64,000 bases of DNA from Chrysomallon squamiferum (lineage: Eukaryota; Animalia; Mollusca), in the NCBI GenBank assembly GCA_012295275.1, contig CM022672.1, forward strand, positions 26,784,001 through 26,848,000. Direction: 5' to 3'. Positions 55,288 through 64,000 of the stretch are shown here, piece after piece. The position numbers were made by a program, and so were the translations under genes. The notes under the pieces were generated by a model, which worked only from the letters and a program-made list of their open reading frames with translations, did no database searches and had not been told where the DNA came from. Within the stretch, counting starts at the first letter, position 1. Every line of letters starts with the position of its first letter.

Positions 55288-58200
55288 GACTTGTTTGCAA
55301 ACCAAGGTTTTATTTTATGTCTGCAAGATCTTACCAGACCCGCTCTTTGTTTTGACATAGAGTCTACGACGTCGTGCATTCCGTGTTTCACGACGAGCTG
55401 TAAGTTCAACTTGTACTCTTCCATTGGATACATGATGGGGCCAAGTTTGTATTCCTTTGGGAACATAGAATGCCAACGGTACGCGTGATTAAACTCGACA
55501 TTCATGTGATTTTGGTACTGGAACGGTTTATCAAAGAGTACCTCAGGATTAAATCGGAAACGGAAAGCTGAGCTGCTTATATGTTGTACGTAGTCTTCTA
55601 TAACTATCTTCAACTGAATACCTTGCAGAAGATGGAAATAAGGCTGATATATAATACGTGTGTTTATATTTCTATGAAATGTAAAACATGTAGATACACA
55701 CATAAATATAGATACCCATATAATTATAGCGAAAATACTATTATAATATGCAAATGACAGGAATAACATCGTTTAGCAAATTTCGCTAATTCTTATTTTC
55801 TGAATTATTTTAGAATAGCACGATAATATTAATGATTTTTGCGATCTTTACTGACGACGACGTAAACGGAATGTTATTAGATAATTTTTCTAAACAAAGT
55901 TTACCATTTATAATCAGCTTCGCTGTTTGAAACAACTGTTCATCGTCCCATTCGGGGTGCTCTTTTTTCATGATGTCACAAACTCTGTTGTGTTCTCTCA
56001 GCCAAATGATGGAAAATACAAAGACTCCAGGCAAAAGGAAAAACTCGTGTCCCAGGGCGAAATTGTTCTCTGAGTGGTTCGATGGGTACCGCCTAGGAAC
56101 ACCTTGGACATCTTTTAAATAGGGGGGAAACTCTTCGCCGTCAATGATCTGAGACAGAGAAAACGAAATATATTAACTAATGAAAGAGACGTGTTTTAGA
56201 TTTGCGTAGAGTAATGAGTTAAATGTGTCTAGGGGCCCATTTGCCACGAGTTTCTTGTGCTTGGAAATTATTATTGCTCATTCTTAATATACGTTACTGT
56301 TATTAAATTATTTCATTTTGTAAAATAATCTCGGTAAATAAAATGAGGAAAAAAAAATGACGTTTACGAGAAAGGTATGTAGCATTTCCTTTTAAATCCG
56401 CTATAAAATGACAACAACAACAAAAACCCAATAACAATAGCATTAAAAACACACACAAAAAAAAAACACACAATAAAAACCACTTCTCCGCAAACAAACA
56501 ATATCAGTAATAAAAACAATAACAAAAAGAACAAGAATAAAAATATAATTATTATGGTTCAGTGAAATAATACCTGTGATTTTAATTTTCCATCAGTAAA
56601 ACGTCGCAACGCGGCTTCTACTGTTCTGTTTCTGCCATAGATATGCGAGCAGTCCATCTACAAAATGACAACAGTACATCAGTAAAGCAACGTAATTCTC
56701 CACTGACACTGACTGAAAGAAATCCTGTGAATCGGTGAAAAAGATCATTCAAACTGACTCAAAATTAAGAGAAAGTTATTCACAGTGACTGTCAAAGAAT
56801 GGGTAAATTGCTAACACAGTTAATTCACATTAACTGTACATAAAAATCATTGTTGCAACACGCATTGTTTAATTCGACAGAAATCTCTTTTCAAACTTAC
56901 AAATACTTCTGATTGACGGTATTAGAAATATTAACACAGCAACATTCGTCATTCAAACTAACAAATACAGTGGTACCTTGACTTACGAGTTTAATTCGTT
57001 CCGAGTCCGAGCTCGTATCTCAATTTGCTCGTCTATCAAATGAATTTTCCCAACTGAAATTAATTGAAATACCATTAATCCGTTCCAATCCCTCTAAAAA
57101 TCACCCCATATTTTTTTTGCAACGTGTTTTTATATAAGAAAAATCTATTTATAAATGACAAATATTGTTAAAAAAATAAATAAATAATAATAATAATAAT
57201 ATATAAAAGAGAATGTAAAGAAATAAATTGGTTTAGTAAAGTGTATTTATCTTGGAGCTCGTACTGCCTAGCCAAGTCGCGCTACGTGCACACCTCACTC
57301 GTGTTTTTCTGTGAATTCAAGCTTTATACTGCACAAAACGCAACCACAACACAATGCAGATACTTCCGCGGCGATGTAACCATGTGAAGTAAACGAAGCT
57401 CGCTCGTAACTCTATTTTGGCTCGCAACTCAAAACAAAACATCGACCGGGCGACTGCTCGTAACTCGAAAAACCCGTAAGTTGGGCACTCGTAAGTCGAG
57501 GTACCACTGTACATCAAACTGACGGCAACAGAAATACTGACATAGCAACATTCGTCATTCAAACTGACTAACAGATACTTCAAATTACGGTAAAAGAGGT
57601 ACAAACCTAGCAACATAAGTCATTCATTCGAAGAATTTTTCAGACTAACTGCATTGTTGTATATGTGTTTGTGTGTGTGTTCTGTATTTGTGTTTGTGGA
57701 TAGATAATTAAATAGACAAACAGACAGATAGAGATATATTAATAAACGAGCACATTTCACCCAAAAAACCTTTAAAAAAACAGTAATGTCGCAAAATATC
57801 ATTCAAAATGATTGTAATAAAATAAAATGTTGATATTCTTTTAGAAATGCAATGAAAGCAGATCTGTTAACAGTTGTGAATCTTAACACCAGTTCAGCAA
57901 CAACAACAGTAACAGTGATAATAACAACAACAACAACAACAACAATAATAATAATAATAATTCCATTGTTAAAGATTTGAAAGCAATTCAAGGAAATTGA
58001 AAATCGTTAAAAAGTATACAAATTACAGAACTAATACTACTTTTACTTACGGCATGGTTACCCCAAGTAATTTCTTCACCTTTGTCAAAGTCTGTCTTGA
58101 AGAACTGATGTGAGAGATGCTGTGCAAAAAAGACAAAGAGAAGACTTGTACCTCGCACCTCGGGCCTGAACTGTTTCCGCACAAACAGCTTCTCTATAAC

Positions 58201-58384
58201 AAGGTCCACATCAGGAAGTTCTTTAGGGCCTGGACAAAACAAATAATAGTAATAGTGGTTGCTGAAAAGAAGTACAAGGAAAAGAAGGGACTAAAACCTA
58301 GTAAATAATAAGTTACAACAAGAAACAGCAGCAGATGAAGAATAGAAGAATTATAACAATAAAATTAGCATATAAAAATAGAAC

Positions 58385-58434
<50 letters not shown>

Positions 58435-59634
58435 GAAATACTAATAACAGAGGGGGAAAAAGATAAGAAAGAAAAATACACATACACATAAACGCAAACA
58501 TTCACAAACACACACACACACATACACACGTACATTACTGCATACATTATTACATACGTACATAAACATACGAACATACATACATACATACATACATACA
58601 CACATACACATGCATGCATGCATACATACACACACATCCATGTATACATACATACGTACGTACGTACATACACGCATAAGTACAATGACATTAAGAACTG
58701 AAAGCATCACCTTTAACTCCCATTGGTGTTGGACAATCCATAGGAACAGGTGGCAACATTCTCGCATATAAAGTTCTGTTCACTGTAATTCCATGAGTTA
58801 CATACGTGTGTTCTGAATCGTAGTTCGGTGGGATTTCAACAACCCTGGCTTTAACTGAAGAACAGTTCATATGTATTTAAATCGACAAACCTAGCTTTAA
58901 CTGAAGATAAGTTCTTATGTATTTAAACCGACAAACCTAGCTTTAACTGAAGAACAGTTCATATGTATTTAAACCGACAAACCTAGCTTTAACTGAAGAG
59001 TAGTTCATTTGTATTTAAACCGACAAACCTAGCTTTAACTGAAGAGCAGTTCATATGTATTTAAACTGACAAACCTAGCTTTAACTGAAGAACAGTTCAT
59101 ATGTATTTAAACCGATAAACATAGCTTTAAATGAAGAAAAGTTCATATGTATTTAAACCGACAAACCTAGCTTTAACTGAAGAACAGTTCGTATGTATTT
59201 AATTTGCATCTGATACGAAATCACTATTATTATAAAACTAAATAACTCAGTTTTAAAACTCAATTTAGAAGGTAAAGGTGAATTGATTAAAGACTTTTTT
59301 TTTGTTTAAAAAGGTCATCAGTGAGGAAAATCGAAATTATTTGTTGAAATATTAAAAGTAAATAATTTAGCAGATATATTTCTGCCATGTCTGTAATGAT
59401 AACGGTAATGATGATAATGATGATGATAACAACAGTAATAATAATGGTATAAACAAACAAAACCCCTTTTGGAATACTTCCAAGTGATTTGTAACTGACT
59501 GCCAGTCTTTGCTAATAATAAATTTAACTAACGTAACATGCCTCCCAACGAAATTACTATCTACAAAAACAAAATCTAAAGCTATAAAATCAATTCGTTT
59601 GTACACTTTACACGAGGTAGATTAAAAGATAATA

Positions 59635-59673
<39 letters not shown>

Positions 59674-60395
59674 ATATAATACTTGTTAGGACATTTTCCA
59701 TGAATTTGTTGTAGATAAGCGGAATCAGATTCACAATTCTCCAGAACAACTCGTATCGCGTGGAGAGGAAAGCCAGGACGTCCGAGGTTATCGTCAGTCT
59801 GTCAGAAATGTACGCCGCAGTGGTTTCTGAAATCATAGAGAGTATAACAAAACACATTCTGTCAATTATTATGTTCTAATACATTAAGACGACGAGACCA
59901 AGACCTGCGATTCTAGCAAAATCTAGCCTACAGTTTTATTCTGCACATTAGTTTTTACATATATTACATGACATTTGTTTATATTGTTTTTGTGTCAGTA
60001 TATTGTTCTTACATTATTATATAGCTGTTATATATACTAAAGTTTAATGTTTCGATACATTTTGGGTTAATCTTTACATTCGCGATTGCCCAGACCTGTG
60101 CTCCCTCTATTAGTCTGTGAAATCGAGGGTCATCAGTATGTGCTTGTAAGTGTGTATAAATATTCTGTGCAGATTTTATTGCACAATAATAATAGGTAAT
60201 TCTTGCGTTCTGTTATCGTCGTAAATCAAGTGGAATGAAATAAATTGGTACAGCCTTACGGTATTGACACAGATCTCCATAGTAATCAGTTCCAGTACAG
60301 TCACATGAAAACTGATGAAAACCTTTTGTTATGCAGATTCCTTTGTTCTTACATGGATAGGAACAACAAGGATTTTCTGTAAAGATTAAAAATTA

Positions 60396-60438
<43 letters not shown>

Positions 60439-61180
60439 CGCTGCATGAAGCAAAATGTATACATATTATATACTTTAGTACCAAACCATTTTCCGGGCAA
60501 GCTTGGGACCGGAAGTAACCCAGATTTCTGGTATTTCCCGGTCTTCTGGTCTAGTGCTTGATAAATATTTGAAATACAAAATAAAGCTATAACGAAACTG
60601 TTTAGCAACTGAACAAGCTTTTAAGCTTAATGTGCATTAACACGAAGCTCTTATTTAGAAATAACTCACGAACTCGGAACTGTTAACTGTTTGTAAAGAA
60701 AAAAATGATCGTTTCATTTTACAAGGAAAGGCTGGTTGCTAAATTAAACACAAAGCTTTTCCTATCGAATGACGCCTGAGGATTTTTTTATCTGCCAAAA
60801 ACAGTAATGATATGAATAACAACTAAATATCACAAATAAGAACAATTTGATCAAGTATTTACAAGATTCAAATATTCCTAATGTTAATTTTCAGATTAAA
60901 TCATATGCTAAATCATATAAACTAATCAGATTAACATTCTGTAACACTTTCTAGTATTTTTCACATAGATTACTGTCATTAGCATCTTCAGTAACTGGTT
61001 ATTATTGCAACAGAACTGTTACTTATTTACTTACTTACTTTCTTACTAACTTATTTAATTAGTTAGTTAGTTACATACTTATTTCCCCTTATAAAATTAC
61101 CTACCTGAACTAGTAGGAACGATGAAGACGAAGCCCACCAACACAGACAACGTGGACAGACAACACGTAGACGTCAGCAT
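53967..61180 (-). CDS. PTGS: Cyclooxygenase / prostaglandin G/H synthase-like, 10 exons, about 590 aa
   Basis: Minus-strand exons 61180-61105 (signal peptide), 60376-60260 (EGF domain NPCCSYPCKNKGIC), 59826-59683, 58854-58711, 58229-58051, 56657-56574, 56148-55905, 55621-55335, 54921-54777 and 54319-53967 total 1773 nt in frame. Motifs FAQHLSHQFFKT, WLREHNRVC, EFNHAYRWH, WKPSTFGG and C-terminal KEEL. Internal exon sizes (117/144/144/84/287) match the vertebrate PTGS2 layout as I recall it. Confidence 0.93.
56968..57509. mobile_element. Non-autonomous pogo/Tigger-like DNA transposon in COX intron 5, 542 bp
   Basis: 23-bp TIRs CAGTGGTACCT(T/C)GACTTACGAGT with one mismatch, TA target-site duplication on both sides, and subterminal CTCGTA repeats. 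No transposase ORF. Confidence 0.87.
58848..59202. repeat. 46-bp tandem repeat, about 7.7 copies, spanning the COX exon 4 3' splice site
   Basis: Unit GCTTTAACTGAAGAACAGTTCATATGTATTTAAACCGACAAACCTA, with starts at 58848, 58894, 58940, 58986, 59032, 59078, 59124 and 59170. Confidence 0.95.
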
Positions 61181-64000
61181 CGTCTTTCAGATGTTGTTAC
61201 TACGACAACACATGTAAAACATAAAACTAACAGTGAATATTAAAACACACACTAATACTGTTTTAAATAACTGACGTAAATAAAAACAAACTATTGTAAA
61301 ATATATTCTTATCAGAGCACTGGGCAATGTAAGTAGTTGTGTAGTATGACAGGCTCTAACGACCAAGTGCGCTAAAGAAAAATTACTATGAGAATGAAGA
61401 TAAAGTCAGATCGCATTTGTGTCTAAATGTGTGCGGATGTACGTGTATATGTGTGTATGCCTTTGTGTGTGTGTGTTTTGAAGACGTAGAATATTTATAA
61501 ATATTAATTATTATTTCAAGAATAAAAGTAAAATAATCCCTTTATAACTTAAGCAGGTTAAGTTGTAGATAAAAATAAAATTTAATTGATATTTAATAGT
61601 CTGTTATATCGTTTTCATTAATTTGCCTTCTTTTTCTTTCTTAATATTTTTTTGTTTTATTTATTTTTTATTTATTTAATCTTATCTTAATATTCTTATT
61701 TTTTATTTATTTATTTTTTATTTTTTTAAAGTACAATAATAAAATAAAAGTTTATCAAAGCTGAATACAAACCTTCTCAAAGACAGAAAAAGAAATAATG
61801 GGTTTCGCCAGGGAAAGCAAATATATATATGTATGTGTATATATATATATAAAGACTTATTTACATTTCAGCGACATCTGGATTTGTGGCCGAACTGTAA
61901 CAAAGCCACAGACAATCGTATAAAGCTTGAAATTTAAGAATTAATTGATTTGATTTATGTTCATTCCATGTACCTTATTAACGACAGCAATAAATGAATA
62001 ACAGAGAAAGAAACTTTATTTTATAGGAACCTTTCACTGTTCATTTTGTTTAACCGGGCTGATATTTTACTGTCACAAATAATCAACACAAACTGAACAT
62101 AATGTTAGTTGGTAATAATCAGTAATGGAATAAAATCTAGAATTTATTTATATATATTTATTTTTTTAACGTAGTAATCAACTGAAGTCTGTAAATAAAT
62201 GTTCGTTTAAATCTTCTATTTCAAGCAAAGACATCTTAGATCTCAAATATGTTTGTTGCTTCTTCTTTTTTTCTGATCATTAAGTCTGAGAGAGGAAACC
62301 CGCATACACTATTCTCTGGCCACTAGTAAAGCAGTTTTTATGTGCACTTCCCCTCATTTCACGAAATGTCTGTGATTAAAAATCGTGTCAAGACATAGCA
62401 CGAAATTAAGACAAGAAAAGGAAGACAAATATCTGTATATCGATTAAACGGTAAATAAATTTACTTCAGTAATTCACAGAACTGCAACATTTACATGATT
62501 TTAAATTATAAGCTGCTGGAATATTTCAGTTGGGTTTTTTAAATTGAACTGGCACCTTTTAGAAACGTATGGGTGGCTTGAAAATGTCTCATTTAAAATT
62601 CCAATTTTCACACAAACTGTGTAGATATTATTATCATAACTGTCAAACGCTAACTACATTTAAAATGTACCACTAAAAATAAGGTAAATTAATTGTTTAT
62701 ACATTACACACATTGCATTTAAAAACTGTTGTTAACAGTCACGTAAACTTGGCTTATCTGTTCATGCTGTTCAAACATGAACGTGCATCACATAACACTG
62801 TAATGTTGTGATGGAAACGTGTTTTAGGAACGAGGCGTACGCTAACACCCATAGGAAACATTCAGTTTGTTATTCGGAGCAGATCACTTAAAAAAAGTAT
62901 TGAATTATCTATTACCTGCTCTAATTTAGGCAATCATAACAATTTCTTACTCATGCAAAAGAGCGAGTCAAATTCACAAGGTTCAATGCACGTTACTTCA
63001 ACACTGTTTAGCAGTACTGTTCCGATTTACAGAGAACATCCACAACCGCTTAGCTAGCATGTCAGCCTGAAGTTCCTCGTGTAAATCTACTAACTCAGTA
63101 TAAAAATAATGCGTTTTTGATATCTGCAAGGATAACTTAATATAAATATAGTTTATAAGAGCTGAGTAAAATCCGCAAATATAATTACAGGCGTTGCACG
63201 AAAGGACTGGTACTCACAGTGATATCACTGACTATTTTAGACTGCGATTGCTTTAACTGTAGCGCATACATCACAGGAAACATAGAAACATTGTTTAGAA
63301 CATAAAATATCCTGAAAGCGCACTCAGGAGAATTGATCCATTGGTTCACTGAAGTCAGCGTGATCGCCCTGTCTAACAGTTACTCCGATGACGGTAAAAA
63401 GTTCGGACAACCTTTATTTTTTTTTTTTTTTTTTTTATGTAAATTTATTAATATACTAACAAATTTATAATTTGTTCAGATACTTAAAACAGGCTGTATT
63501 AAAAAAAGAAGAAATCTCAGTTTCATAACGATTTGAACACTTGTGCATTTATCTGTCCTTCAAACCGTCTGTTTATATGGCCGCAAAGAAGCATATGCAT
63601 ATTAATTATATATACTTAATCATGCAAGTATATACATAATACACTTCTATCTGCCACATACACATCATATACACACATGCATACATACTTATTTACATAT
63701 ATTGATACATAAATGAAGTAAAACAAAAAGAAGGAGAGTAAAGTTTATTGGACTCTAGTGTTTTAAACAATCAGTATTGAAGGGCTCTGAATAACGATGC
63801 AGAATTGTCGGTGCAGCTTCACTTGTGTCTTTCTGTAATATAACGATAATAATAACATCAACAACAACACAACAACAACAATAACATTACTACTACTACT
63901 ACTACTAATAATAATAATCATAATAATAATAACAATAAAAATAATAACAAGAACAGTAATAAAAAAACAATAAAAATAATAATAACAATAACAAGAACAG

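Noticed and set aside
57317-57616. ORF overlapping the pogo-like element as a possible transposase
   Set aside because: It has no HTH or DDE motif and runs outside the TIR.

Overview
This is a 64 kb window of AT-rich, microsatellite-dense animal genomic DNA. It is probably molluscan; a gastropod origin is inferred from SINE-like fragments and is not verified. Eight protein-coding genes can be reconstructed by eye from GT-AG exons: stomatin-like (+, 5' exon missing), a tandem ADF-H/coactosin-like gene (+), a GT31 beta-1,3-galactosyltransferase (-), a Kelch-only propeller gene with an internal frameshift (+), an orphan single-pass membrane protein (-), an NKRF-like multi-dsRBD gene lacking the G-patch and with a degenerate R3H (-), an intronless nAChR-like Cys-loop receptor lacking most acetylcholine-binding residues (+), and a 10-exon cyclooxygenase with a heavily remodelled substrate channel (-). 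There are also two TA-flanked Tc1/mariner-pogo derivatives, a hairpin interspersed repeat, SINE remnants and several minisatellites. The main leads are the atypical COX lying tail-to-tail with a chemoreceptor-like Cys-loop channel, tandem arrays that amplify RNA-processing signals (a COX 3' splice site whose extra copies lead to a stop codon, splice donors, a poly(A) signal), and the NKRF paralog stripped of its helicase-activating domain. All homology calls come from motif recognition without database searches. No rRNA, tRNA or CRISPR array was found.
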